Shown here one piece after another: positions 1 to 9,245 of a DNA stretch of 64,000 bases; position 1 is the first letter of the stretch, and every line of letters begins with the position of its first letter. The notes beneath the pieces are model-generated. The model did not search any database. It was not told the origin of the DNA and was given only the letters and a program-made list of their open reading frames with translations. The DNA is taken from positions 864,001 to 928,000 of the forward strand of contig CAXXXD010000002.1 in assembly GCA_963663385.2 (NCBI GenBank), written 5' to 3'. The DNA comes from Oceanispirochaeta sp. GTDB taxonomy: Bacteria > Spirochaetota > Spirochaetia > DSM-2461. Both the position numbers and the translations under genes were made by a program.

Positions 1-2564
1 AAAGCAGCCGCTGCAATATAATAACGGTCTATTTCAAAAAACTTTCTCAGATTCTCCCTTGAGTCGCTGCGCCCGTATCCATCTGTTCCCAGTACGGCAA
101 GATGTCCCGGGATATAGCGTCTTAACTGCTCCGGGTAGGCTTTTACATAGTCCGTGCTGATTACAACCGGACCGGAATGCCCTTCCATCTGTCGGGTGAT
201 ATACGGGATTTTCTCTGTTTCCCCGGGGTGTGTCCGGTTCCAGCGCTCACACTCATCTCCTTCCCGGCTCAGCTGGTTCACTCCCGGCAGTGACCAGATA
301 TCCGCTTCAACATCCCAATCCCTTTTCAGGAGTTCCGCGGCTGCTATCACCTCCTGCAGAATGCTCCCGCTGCCCATAAGCTGAACTGTTTTTCCCGCTT
401 CATCAGCTGCCCTGTAAAGGTAAATCCCCTTTCGGATCCCCTCTTCCACCCCTTCGGGCAGTTCCGGCTGACTGTAGTTTTCATTGGTTACAGTTATATA
501 GTAGAAGATACTCTCTCCCTCTTCGTACATCCTCTTTATGCCGTCCTGTACGATTACCGCCAGCTCATAACCGAAAGCCGGATCATAGGTCAGGCAGGAG
601 GGAATGGTGGAAGCGGTCAGGTGACTGTGTCCGTCCTGATGCTGCAGGCCTTCGCCGTTCAGGGTTGTCCGTCCGGATGTTGCTCCAATCAGAAATCCTT
701 TTGCCCGGATGTCTCCTGCGGCCCAGGCCAGATCTCCTATCCGCTGGAAACCGAACATGGAGTAGAATATGTAAAAGGGGATCATATTTACACTGTAGTG
801 GGAGTAAGCCGTTCCGGCTGCCAGCCAGGAGGAGAAGGCTCCCGCTTCATTAATCCCCTCCTCCAGGATCTGTCCGTTTTTTTCCTCTTTGTACCACATA
901 ATGGACTCGGAATCCTGCGGTTCGTAGAGCTGGCCGAAGGGGGCGTATATACCCAGCTGTCTGAACATCCCTTCCATACCGAAGGTCCGGGCTTCGTCGG
1001 GTACGATCGGCACCACATTCCGTCCTATCTGCCTGTCCTTTGCCAGTGTGCTCAGGAGTTTGACAAACCCCATGGTGGTGGAGACTTTATTTTCCCCCGA
1101 TCCTTTCAGAAGGGAGGAAAAGCTCTCCAGGGGAGGGGCCTTGATGGGGTTGCACTCCCTGTTCCGCCAGGGGAGGGGGCCCCCCAGCTTTTCCCGGCTT
1201 TCCTTCAGAAAATTCATGACCTTTCCTCCGGGTTCCGGTTTCAGGAAGGGGAGCGCATCCAGTTCGCTGTCTTTGAGGGGGATGTTAAAACGGTCCCTGA
1301 AGACTTTAAGAGACTCCATATCCATTTTTTTCTGGGAGTGGGTGATATTGGCTGATTCCCCGGCCGCTCCCATTCCGAATCCCTTTACCGTATGGGCCAG
1401 TATGACAGTCGGCTGATCTTTGTGTTTAAGGGCTGCCGCATAGGCGGGATAGATCTTTCGCGGGTCATGACCGCCCCGGCTCAGTTTGAATATCTCATGA
1501 TCGCTCAGGTGTTCCACCAGTTTCAGCAGCTCCGGATATTTCCCGAAGAAATGCTCCCTGGTATAGGCGCCGCCTCTGGCTTTATAGGCCTGGAACTCCC
1601 CGTCCACACACTCGTTCATCCTCTTGATAAGCAGGCCCGATTTGTCTTTCTCCAGCAGGGGATCCCATTCGCTCCCCCATATAACCTTGATCACATTCCA
1701 TCCGGCTCCCCGGAAATTCCCCTCCAGCTCCTGGATGATTTTCCCGTTCCCCCGGACGGGTCCATCCAGTCTCTGCAGGTTGCAGTTGATGACAAAAATC
1801 AGGTTGTCCAGTTTTTCCCGGGCCGCCAGACTTATGGCTCCCTGGGTTTCCGGTTCATCCGTTTCACCGTCCCCCAGAAAAGCCCAGACCTTTCTGTCTC
1901 CCGCCGGGGCCAGTCCCCGGGCATCCATATACTTCATAAACCGTGCCTGATATATGGCCTGTATCGGTCCAAGCCCCATGGATACGGTTGGAAACTGCCA
2001 GAACTCCGGCATCAGCCAGGGATGAGGGTAGGAGGAAAGCCCTTCGCCTCCCGTCTCCTCCCTGAAGTGTTCAAGGTTTTCCTCGCTCAGCCGCCCCTCC
2101 AGAAAGGCCCGGGCATACATACCGGGGGAGGAGTGACCCTGAAAAAAAATCAGGTCGCTGCCGTGTTCCGAACGGGGGCCTTTGAAAAAATAATCAAATC
2201 CTACTTCGTACAGGGCCGCGCTTGAGGCAAAGCTGGCTATGTGCCCCCCCAGTCCTGTTCCTTTCCGGTTGGCTCTGACCACCATGGCCATGGCATTCCA
2301 GCGGATAAAGGCTGCCAGATCCCTGGCGGCCAGGGTATCCCCCGGCATCTTTTCCGATTCTTCCGGAGTCAAGGTATTAATATAGGGTGTCGTCGCACGA
2401 TAGGGTGTTTTAACACCTTTATGCCGTGCCTGATCTATCAGCTTCTGAATCAGGTACCGGGCTTTCTCCAGTCCTTCCGCTTCGATCACTCCTTCCAGAG
2501 CATCGAGCCATTCCCGTGTTTCCCCGGGATCCGGGTCATTGAATGTATTATCATAGTCGGACAT
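1..2564 (-). CDS. aceE: Pyruvate dehydrogenase E1, homodimeric AceE type (3' end runs off the window)
   Basis: Not in the ORF track. Manual translation begins MSDYDNTFNDPDPGETREWLDALEGVIEAEG (ATG at 2564, purine-rich RBS) and has LGTDGYGRSDSRENLRKFFEID near the window edge, both AceE-like. Confidence 0.93.
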   Translation of the reverse strand, partial: MSDYDNTFNDPDPGETREWLDALEGVIEAEGLEKARYLIQKLIDQARHKGVKTPYRATTPYINTLTPEESEKMPGDTLAARDLAAFIRWNAMAMVVRANRKGTGLGGHIASFASSAALYEVGFDYFFKGPRSEHGSDLIFFQGHSSPGMYARAFLEGRLSEENLEHFREETGGEGLSSYPHPWLMPEFWQFPTVSMGLGPIQAIYQARFMKYMDARGLAPAGDRKVWAFLGDGETDEPETQGAISLAAREKLDNLIFVINCNLQRLDGPVRGNGKIIQELEGNFRGAGWNVIKVIWGSEWDPLLEKDKSGLLIKRMNECVDGEFQAYKARGGAYTREHFFGKYPELLKLVEHLSDHEIFKLSRGGHDPRKIYPAYAAALKHKDQPTVILAHTVKGFGMGAAGESANITHSQKKMDMESLKVFRDRFNIPLKDSELDALPFLKPEPGGKVMNFLKESREKLGGPLPWRNRECNPIKAPPLESFSSLLKGSGENKVSTTMGFVKLLSTLAKDRQIGRNVVPIVPDEARTFGMEGMFRQLGIYAPFGQLYEPQDSESIMWYKEEKNGQILEEGINEAGAFSSWLAAGTAYSHYSVNMIPFYIFYSMFGFQRIGDLAWAAGDIRAKGFLIGATSGRTTLNGEGLQHQDGHSHLTASTIPSCLTYDPAFGYELAVIVQDGIKRMYEEGESIFYYITVTNENYSQPELPEGVEEGIRKGIYLYRAADEAGKTVQLMGSGSILQEVIAAAELLKRDWDVEADIWSLPGVNQLSREGDECERWNRTHPGETEKIPYITRQMEGHSGPVVISTDYVKAYPEQLRRYIPGHLAVLGTDGYGRSDSRENLRKFFEIDRYYIAAAA

Positions 2565-2661
2565 ATTTCCCTCTCATTTGGAATTATGATTAATACAGTA
2601 ATTACTACTGCCATTGTAGTATTAAAGATGTAATAAAACTCACTGTAAATCAAATTTAAAA

Positions 2662-2681
2662 GGGAATTTTATAAAATTCCC
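2662..2681. promoter_or_regulatory. Perfect 20-bp palindrome, candidate operator
   Basis: GGGAATTTTATAAAATTCCC is its own reverse complement; lies in the divergent aceE / orf-glmS intergenic region. Confidence 0.45.
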
Positions 2682-2769
2682 GGGGGCTCTCTATCAGAAG
2701 TATCCTTTGAGGGGAATCCGTTCAGAAAATGGTCCTGCCGTAAAAATAGTATGATCTGCCTGTTAATCT

Positions 2770-2803
2770 TCCTTTATTTGCCCGATTAAGGGCAAATAAA
2801 GGA
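2770..2803. other. 14-bp-arm inverted repeat (hairpin or operator)
   Basis: TCCTTTATTTGCCC-GATTAA-GGGCAAATAAAGGA, followed by T-rich sequence on the + strand. Confidence 0.5.
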
Positions 2804-2871
2804 TCTTTTGGCGATTTTTTGGCTTTTTCCAATGGAAATTTAAAAAGAACAGCAGTATATATAAGATCTGT

Positions 2872-3144
2872 ATGGCAAATATATTTCTGGATGATCAGTT
2901 TAAATCATACCTTTTATCAACCTACCCCATAGACGAAAACCTTCTGGATAATCTGCTGGATGATCTGGGGGCGTATTTTTCCCGTGATGTAAAGGAGTTT
3001 ATTTCCGTTCGTCACCAGGAACTGCACCGGGAAGGTCTGAAAAATGACATGATATATGAACAGATCCGGAAGGAATTGAAAACAAGGCGTTTCCCCGGCC
3101 CTGAAATGAGTATCAGACAGATTCGCCGGGCAATATACGGTTAA
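2872..3144 (+). CDS. Small helical hypothetical protein directly upstream of glmS
   Basis: 90-aa ORF ending RQIRRAIYG, 12 nt before the glmS start. Confidence 0.8.
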   Translation: MANIFLDDQFKSYLLSTYPIDENLLDNLLDDLGAYFSRDVKEFISVRHQELHREGLKNDMIYEQIRKELKTRRFPGPEMSIRQIRRAIYG

Positions 3145-3156
3145 CAGGAGTTTTAT

Positions 3157-4986
3157 ATGTGCGGAATTGTTGGATATCTTGGAAGTCGCGATGCTGTTCC
3201 CGTCCTGATGAAGGGACTGAAGCAGCTGGAATATAGAGGATATGACTCCTCCGGTGTGGGTGTTTTGCATAGAAAGAAAATCCGGGTTCTCAAGGAACAG
3301 GGGAAACTGGAAATGCTGGAAAGAAAGCTGACGGATAATCTGAGCTCCAATATTGGAATCGCCCATACCCGCTGGGCAACCCATGGGGGTGTTACAACTG
3401 CGAATGCCCACCCCCACAGCGGTCCCGAAGGCAAGGTGGCGGTTGTTCACAACGGCATTATCGATAACTTTGCTGTTCTGAAGAAGGAACTGCAGGCAAA
3501 GGGGAACATATTTGCCAGCGAGACCGATTCGGAAGTGGTGGCTCACCTGGTGGAACAGTATATCGATCTGGGACCTGAACAGGCTGTTTCCAAAGCCCTT
3601 TCCCGCCTGGATGGTACATACGGGATGCTCTTTCTCTTTCGGGATCACCCCGATATGATTATCGGAGCCCGTAACGGAAGCCCCCTTGTGATCGGGATAG
3701 GAAAGGATGAGATGTTTCTGGCTTCGGATGCACTTGCTTTTGCCGGATTCACCCAGCATGCCGTTTTTGTTGACGACGGTGAAATGGTCATTATCAACAA
3801 TAAGGATTACCGGGTTGTAAACAGGCAGAACGTACAGATTAATAAAAATGTGGAAGAGCTGGATCTGGCCTCCAGTACCAAGGATATGCAGGGATACCCC
3901 CATTTCCTTTTAAAAGAGATTTTCGAACAGCCCGAATCCGTATTCCGTGCCATGGGCCGGGGCGGCCGCCTGCTGCCCGATTTCGGAACCACCCTGCTGG
4001 GGGGACTGAATATGGAGAAACGGGACTTCTACGACATTAAGAAGATCCATATCCTGGCCATGGGAACCGCCATGTACGCGGGAGAGCTGGGGAAATACAT
4101 TATGGAGGATCTGTGCCGGATCCCTGTGGAAGTTTCCGATGCCTCCGAACTCTGCGGGGTTAACCCCATTGTGGATAAGGATACCCTCTTTATCGCCATA
4201 AGCCAGTCCGGTGAAACCCGCGATACCATCGCTGCGGTTCAGGAGATAAAACAGAAGGGCGGGCATGTCCTCGGTGTTCTGAATGCTGTCGGGTCCACCC
4301 TGGCCCGGCTGACCGACGGAGGAGCCTACATCCATGCCGGCGCAGAGTACTCCGTTGCCAGTACAAAGGCCTTTACCAGCCAGGTAACCGTCCTGGCTTT
4401 GATGGCTCTGATGATCGGCCGCACAAGGGATATTTCCCTTACCCGGGGGAAGGAACTGGTAGAGGAGCTGATGGCTCTTCCCGATAAGATCCGGACGGTT
4501 CTGGATAAAGCGGAAGAGATCAAGGCCATGGCCGAGAGTATAAAAGATCACCACAGCGTGATGTACATGGGCCGGGGGATTAATTACCCCGTAGCCATGG
4601 AAGCTGCCCTGAAGCTGAAAGAGGTCAGCTATATTCATGCGGAAGCCTATAGCGCCGGTTCACTGAAGCACGGTCCTCTTGCTCTGATTTCCGAAGAGAT
4701 TCCTTCTGTTTTTATCTGTACAGCCGGGGATTATCAGGAAAAGACCATCAGCAATATTCAGGAAGTGCGGGCCCGGAACGGCCGCGTCCTGGTTATCTCC
4801 AATTACGAAGACGACAGCCTGCGGAAAGTGGCGGACGAACTGTTTGTGGTTCCCGGATCCGATCCGCTGCTGTCTCCCCTGCTGACGATTATTCCCTGTC
4901 AGCTTCTGGGGTACTATACGGCTCTGGCTCTGGGGAGGGATATTGATCAGCCCAGGAATCTGGCTAAGTCGGTTACTACGGATTAG
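3157..4986 (+). CDS. glmS: Glutamine--fructose-6-phosphate transaminase (isomerizing)
   Basis: MCGIVG N-terminal nucleophile, YRGYDS, HTRWATHG, SQSGET, KHGP and C-terminal NLAKSVT; AGGAG RBS. Confidence 0.97.
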   Translation: MCGIVGYLGSRDAVPVLMKGLKQLEYRGYDSSGVGVLHRKKIRVLKEQGKLEMLERKLTDNLSSNIGIAHTRWATHGGVTTANAHPHSGPEGKVAVVHNGIIDNFAVLKKELQAKGNIFASETDSEVVAHLVEQYIDLGPEQAVSKALSRLDGTYGMLFLFRDHPDMIIGARNGSPLVIGIGKDEMFLASDALAFAGFTQHAVFVDDGEMVIINNKDYRVVNRQNVQINKNVEELDLASSTKDMQGYPHFLLKEIFEQPESVFRAMGRGGRLLPDFGTTLLGGLNMEKRDFYDIKKIHILAMGTAMYAGELGKYIMEDLCRIPVEVSDASELCGVNPIVDKDTLFIAISQSGETRDTIAAVQEIKQKGGHVLGVLNAVGSTLARLTDGGAYIHAGAEYSVASTKAFTSQVTVLALMALMIGRTRDISLTRGKELVEELMALPDKIRTVLDKAEEIKAMAESIKDHHSVMYMGRGINYPVAMEAALKLKEVSYIHAEAYSAGSLKHGPLALISEEIPSVFICTAGDYQEKTISNIQEVRARNGRVLVISNYEDDSLRKVADELFVVPGSDPLLSPLLTIIPCQLLGYYTALALGRDIDQPRNLAKSVTTD

Positions 4987-5208
4987 GTTTCCTATGATTT
5001 GAACTCTGTGCAGCCTGCCAATTCAATGATACTCCCCGGTCACAAGTCTATGACTTGCTGACTGGTAGGGTAACAGGCATATTTGTAAATAATACTGCAT
5101 TTTCAGAAGTTGTTTCCGCCTTTACTTCATATTAATCAGACGGATTACAAGCGTGTCCTGAATATTTGTCTGCTGTTCCCCATAAGTAAAATGGCTTAAA
5201 GTACCCGG

Positions 5209-5922
5209 TTATTTTTCCTGAAACAGGGGATCCTGATTTCTGATATGTTTCCGGAAGCTTTCCTGAGTTTTAAGGACATCTCCCATAAGAATGGAATTGA
5301 TCAGCTTATTATGGTCTGCGATGATTATATGTTTATCCTCTATGTCCGTATGGGCCAGTTTTATCTCTTCATAACTGAAAGATCGCATTGTTTCATAAAG
5401 AGTGGAGAATAAATCGTTCTTACATACATCTATAAGGCATTTGTGAAACTGGTAATCAGCTTCTATTCTCCTTTCCATATCCATGGAATCAATTGCTTCT
5501 TCCATATTCACAACTTCAATCCTCAGTTTCTCAACAGTGCTGTTCAACAGTTCCTTATTATTCTTGTAATGCTCCAGCAGATACCAGATTCCCTGTTCTT
5601 CAAATACAAGGCGGAGTTCAAGTAGATCTTTCATATTCTTTTTGCCAAGGAGCATCGACCATAGAAGAGCTTCGGAAGAGACATTGGAGCTCTCGCAGAT
5701 GAATGTTCCTTTGGGATTTCGTAGCTCTACGACGCCAAGGTACTGAAAAATTTTCAGGGCTTCCCTGATAGTGGAACGACCTACTCCGAACATCTCTGCC
5801 AGTTCATATTCATTGGGGACCTTATCATTCGGCTTCAGACTACCCTTGGCTATCATTTTCTTTAGCTGTTCCATTACCTGAAATACAACAGTTTTCTGTT
5901 TGACAGGTTTTATATTCTGCAT
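5209..5922 (-). CDS. GntR/FadR-family transcriptional regulator
   Basis: N-terminal wHTH (LAEMFGVGRSTIREAL) and FCD-like C-terminus; divergent from the inositol operon. Confidence 0.92.
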   Translation of the reverse strand: MQNIKPVKQKTVVFQVMEQLKKMIAKGSLKPNDKVPNEYELAEMFGVGRSTIREALKIFQYLGVVELRNPKGTFICESSNVSSEALLWSMLLGKKNMKDLLELRLVFEEQGIWYLLEHYKNNKELLNSTVEKLRIEVVNMEEAIDSMDMERRIEADYQFHKCLIDVCKNDLFSTLYETMRSFSYEEIKLAHTDIEDKHIIIADHNKLINSILMGDVLKTQESFRKHIRNQDPLFQEK

Positions 5923-6029
5923 GATTTTTCCTCAATAAATTACTGATCCCTATCATATAGGAAAGAGACGTCTGCTGACAATGTCTATTTATCCTAATCA
6001 ACTTTCTTCATATTTTTTTTAAATTAAAC

Positions 6030-6089
6030 TTGACAATCCCTTAAAAGGTGTTACCATCTAACCATATAATCATCACATGGTCTGATGAT
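6030..6089 (+). promoter_or_regulatory. Sigma70-like promoter and candidate operator of the iol operon
   Basis: TTGACA(6030)-N16-TACCAT with an extended -10 TG; downstream inverted repeat ATCATCA-N7-TGATGAT at 6069-6089. Confidence 0.6.
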
Positions 6090-6125
6090 AGTATGTATGA
6101 AGTAAGAAGTAAAGAGGTAGATGAG

Positions 6126-7238
6126 ATGGAAGTAAAAGACAAAAAATGGCTCAGAACCGATTATCCCCATATCATTTTTGAGGATAACAATGTGGGTAAA
6201 CTGAAAAAGAGAATCTTCGATGCTCCCATGGAAGAGATCGAAGCCATTCTGGAAGATTACGGTGTAGGCGCTGAATCCGAACTGGGAAAAGCAGGCTGCT
6301 ATATTCAGAACACCCCCCGTAAAGATGCGATTGCCAAAAGAAAGAAAAATGATGTGGTTCTGGTCCCTATCGGATGTACTGAAAACCATGGTGATCATGC
6401 CAATACCGGTCTGGATACTTTTATGGTTACCCAGATCTGCGAAGCCGTAAGAAGAAAGACCGCCAAACAGGGTAGGGAAGTCAACCTGGCTTTTTCTCCT
6501 ATCAACTATGGAGGACATCCCTACCATCATATGGGTATGCCCGGAACAATCATCATTCCTCCCGAAACCGTACGGGAAATGCTGATCTATACCATGCTTG
6601 GTCTGTGGAACGACGGATACAGAAAAATCATTCTTTTTAATAACCATGGACACCTTTGGACTCTGGTTGATGCGGTTCAGGAGTTTATGAAGAGATTTCA
6701 GCTTCCTGCTATTGTTCAGGTTGTAGATTGGCACAGAGCTGTAAGAGAGTTTTTTATGCCCATCGACAGGGAAGACTCCCTCCAAACCAACTTTATCCAT
6801 GCGGATGAATCTGAAACAGCTGTAGGACTCCTGATGTTCAAGGATATGATCAATATGGATTATGTACGGGATGCACAGGGAGAAACCTTTCTGCCCGAGG
6901 GTCACTTTGACTTGTCTGTCGATCCCTACCGCCGTCCTCACAGATGGTCCGAAGGTGAAGGTCACTATGCCATTGAGAGATTTGCCACTCCCGAAGGTGT
7001 TGTCGGTTCCCCCAGTCTTGCCACAGCAGAAAAAGCCAAACGCCCCATCGCCGCTATCTGTGAATATACAACCATGATGGTAAACGATATTCTGGATGCC
7101 TTCCCCGCCGGAACCCTTCCTGAGAAAGTTTCCCTGAGGTCGGATGAAGAACTGGCTCCTTTCCTGAAAGAACCCTGGACAGAAGGTTGGAAGTCTGCCT
7201 ATGAACTTCCCCATATCGGACCATTTCACAAAGGTTAA
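6126..7238 (+). CDS. iolN: Creatininase-family hydrolase, probable 3-dehydro-scyllo-inosose hydrolase
   Basis: GCTENHGDH, NNHGH and HADESET metal motifs; context with iolO/iolM/iolG/uxaE. Start moved to ATG 6126 after GAGG. Confidence 0.8.
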   Translation: MEVKDKKWLRTDYPHIIFEDNNVGKLKKRIFDAPMEEIEAILEDYGVGAESELGKAGCYIQNTPRKDAIAKRKKNDVVLVPIGCTENHGDHANTGLDTFMVTQICEAVRRKTAKQGREVNLAFSPINYGGHPYHHMGMPGTIIIPPETVREMLIYTMLGLWNDGYRKIILFNNHGHLWTLVDAVQEFMKRFQLPAIVQVVDWHRAVREFFMPIDREDSLQTNFIHADESETAVGLLMFKDMINMDYVRDAQGETFLPEGHFDLSVDPYRRPHRWSEGEGHYAIERFATPEGVVGSPSLATAEKAKRPIAAICEYTTMMVNDILDAFPAGTLPEKVSLRSDEELAPFLKEPWTEGWKSAYELPHIGPFHKG

Positions 7239-7241
7239 ACC

Positions 7242-8057
7242 ATGAAATATGCAATGTGTCTGTCCACCAATCCGTCCAGGTTTGATGCTGTGCCGTTTAA
7301 AGGGGATTTTGAAGTCAATGTAAATAAAATAGCTGAGCTTGGGTTCGACGGAATTGAGCTGGCGATACGGGACCCTGAGATAATCGATCAGGAAAATATT
7401 CTCCGAATCCTTAAAGATGCAGGAATGGGAGTACCCGCTATCGGGACAGGTCAGGCCTGGGGAGAAGAAGGACTTTCTTTCACTGATCCCATGTCCGCGA
7501 CAAGAGAAAAAGCCATTATAAGGGCTATTTCACATATTGATTTTGCATCAAAAACAGGCGGAATAATCATCATCGGTCTATTAAGGGGAACGCTGCAATC
7601 AATTGTTGCCCGGGATATGGCTGAATTCTGGATGAAAGAAGCCTTTACGGTTTGTTGTAAAGCTGCAGAAAAGAAGGGTGTAAAAATTGCATTTGAACCT
7701 ATCAACAGGTTTGAAACATCCCTTCTGAACTCTGTAGAGGATGGATTGAGATTTATTGAAAGTGTGGGAGCTGACAATCTGGGGATGCTTCTGGATACCT
7801 TTCATATGAATATCGAAGAGCCGTCCATCGAAGAGAGCATTAAATTGGCAGGAGATCGTATGTTTCACTTCCATTATGCCGATTCCAACAGGCTGTATCC
7901 CGGTGGAGGACACATTGATTTTAAATCAATTTTGAAAACAGTTTCCGATACAGGCTACACGGGTTTCCTGTCCGGAGAACATAGACCCGATCCCGAACCT
8001 GCTGTTGCAGCAAAGAAGGGACTCGAATTTCTAAAGCAAATCGAGAAAGAAATTTAG
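7242..8057 (+). CDS. iolO: D-tagatose-3-epimerase-family TIM barrel, probable 5-keto-L-gluconate epimerase
   Basis: FEPINRFE, LDTFHMNIEE, HYADSNR and LSGEH motifs; operon context. Confidence 0.8.
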   Translation: MKYAMCLSTNPSRFDAVPFKGDFEVNVNKIAELGFDGIELAIRDPEIIDQENILRILKDAGMGVPAIGTGQAWGEEGLSFTDPMSATREKAIIRAISHIDFASKTGGIIIIGLLRGTLQSIVARDMAEFWMKEAFTVCCKAAEKKGVKIAFEPINRFETSLLNSVEDGLRFIESVGADNLGMLLDTFHMNIEEPSIEESIKLAGDRMFHFHYADSNRLYPGGGHIDFKSILKTVSDTGYTGFLSGEHRPDPEPAVAAKKGLEFLKQIEKEI

Positions 8058-8071
8058 TAGGAGTTAAAATA

Positions 8072-9130
8072 ATGAAAGCAAAAATCGCATTTCTGTATGG
8101 ACCCAAGGATTTAAGAGTAGAAGAAGTAGAAGTTCCGGCACTGAAACCTAATCAGGTTTTGATAAAAACAGGTGCCTGTGGAATCTGTGGTTCTGATGTT
8201 GAATGTTACGAAGGTGAATCTGCGGAAGGCCGTTATGATCTGGGTCCCTATACACCAGGTCACGAATGGGGCGGCCAGATTGTGGATGTCGGATCCAGTC
8301 TCAGAAGTACTCTGAAAATCGGTGATAAAGTTACTGGTGACTGTGTTATGGGGTGCGGAGTATGCGCCAACTGTAAAGACGGAAGAATGCCTTCAGCCTG
8401 TCTTAACTTCAGAGAAATCGGATTTCGTCCTGATTCTCCCGGTGGAATGGGTGAATACATGGTTGTGGAAGAAGAGTATGTTCACAAGATTCCAGATCAC
8501 TGGACATATGCAGACGGTGCCTGGGTAGAAACCTTCTCCATCGGATACTACGGTATCTGGGGCGGTGGCGGATATATTGACGCCAGTGATACAGCCATAA
8601 TCCTTGGGGCCGGACCTGTTGGTCTGTCTGCTACCATGGTTGCCGCCACATCCGGTGCCAAAACCATCGTTATTGATCCTCTGACCAAAAGAAGGGAAAT
8701 GGCCAAAAAATATGGTGCGGAAATTGTGCTGGATCCCAGTGCCGGTAATATTGAAGAGCTGGTTATGGACGTAACAAACGGACACGGAGGAGATGTTTGT
8801 GTAGAAGCCTCCGGTAATGATAATGCCATTGCTTCCCTGTTTGATATCTCTGCCCATAGTGGAAGAGTTCGGGTTATCGGTCATTCTATTGGACGTAAAG
8901 TCCCAGTAGAAATTGGAAAAACCATCTGGAAAACCCTGAACATAGCCGGATCAGGCGGAACAAAAGATTTCGGTCAGAGAACCATCCGTTTTATGGACCG
9001 TATTTATGACAAGTATGACTTTGCCGCCCTGAACTCTCATCACTATAACTTTTCCGAGCTGGATAAAGCCATGGATGTTGCCATTCATGAAAAAGCCAAT
9101 GCCATGAAAGTTATGTTGAACTTTGACTGA
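8072..9130 (+). CDS. iolM: Zn-dependent dehydrogenase, probable scyllo-inosose 3-dehydrogenase
   Basis: CGICGSD, GHEWGG, CGVCANC...C structural zinc site and GAGPVG; operon context. Confidence 0.75.
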   Translation: MKAKIAFLYGPKDLRVEEVEVPALKPNQVLIKTGACGICGSDVECYEGESAEGRYDLGPYTPGHEWGGQIVDVGSSLRSTLKIGDKVTGDCVMGCGVCANCKDGRMPSACLNFREIGFRPDSPGGMGEYMVVEEEYVHKIPDHWTYADGAWVETFSIGYYGIWGGGGYIDASDTAIILGAGPVGLSATMVAATSGAKTIVIDPLTKRREMAKKYGAEIVLDPSAGNIEELVMDVTNGHGGDVCVEASGNDNAIASLFDISAHSGRVRVIGHSIGRKVPVEIGKTIWKTLNIAGSGGTKDFGQRTIRFMDRIYDKYDFAALNSHHYNFSELDKAMDVAIHEKANAMKVMLNFD

Positions 9131-9245
9131 TTTTTGATTCTTGCACTATACGGTAGGGGCACTGCAAAAGTGATTTATTATACATGATTTCTACTTTTGC
9201 AGCGGCTTCTACAAATCGTTTCTTTTTTTTAATACAGGAATTAAT

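Noticed and set aside
154..2633. Long plus-strand ORFs (621-1355, 1392-2225, 2241-2633 and others)
   Set aside because: They are antisense shadows of aceE, which the track missed because it lacks a stop inside the window.
2565..3156. Possible glmS ribozyme
   Set aside because: No recognisable ribozyme core was found, and a protein-coding ORF occupies the position directly upstream of glmS.
2917..7229. Long minus-strand ORFs (2917-3903, 3910-4638, 6051-7229)
   Set aside because: They are fully antisense to glmS or iolN and carry no protein motifs.
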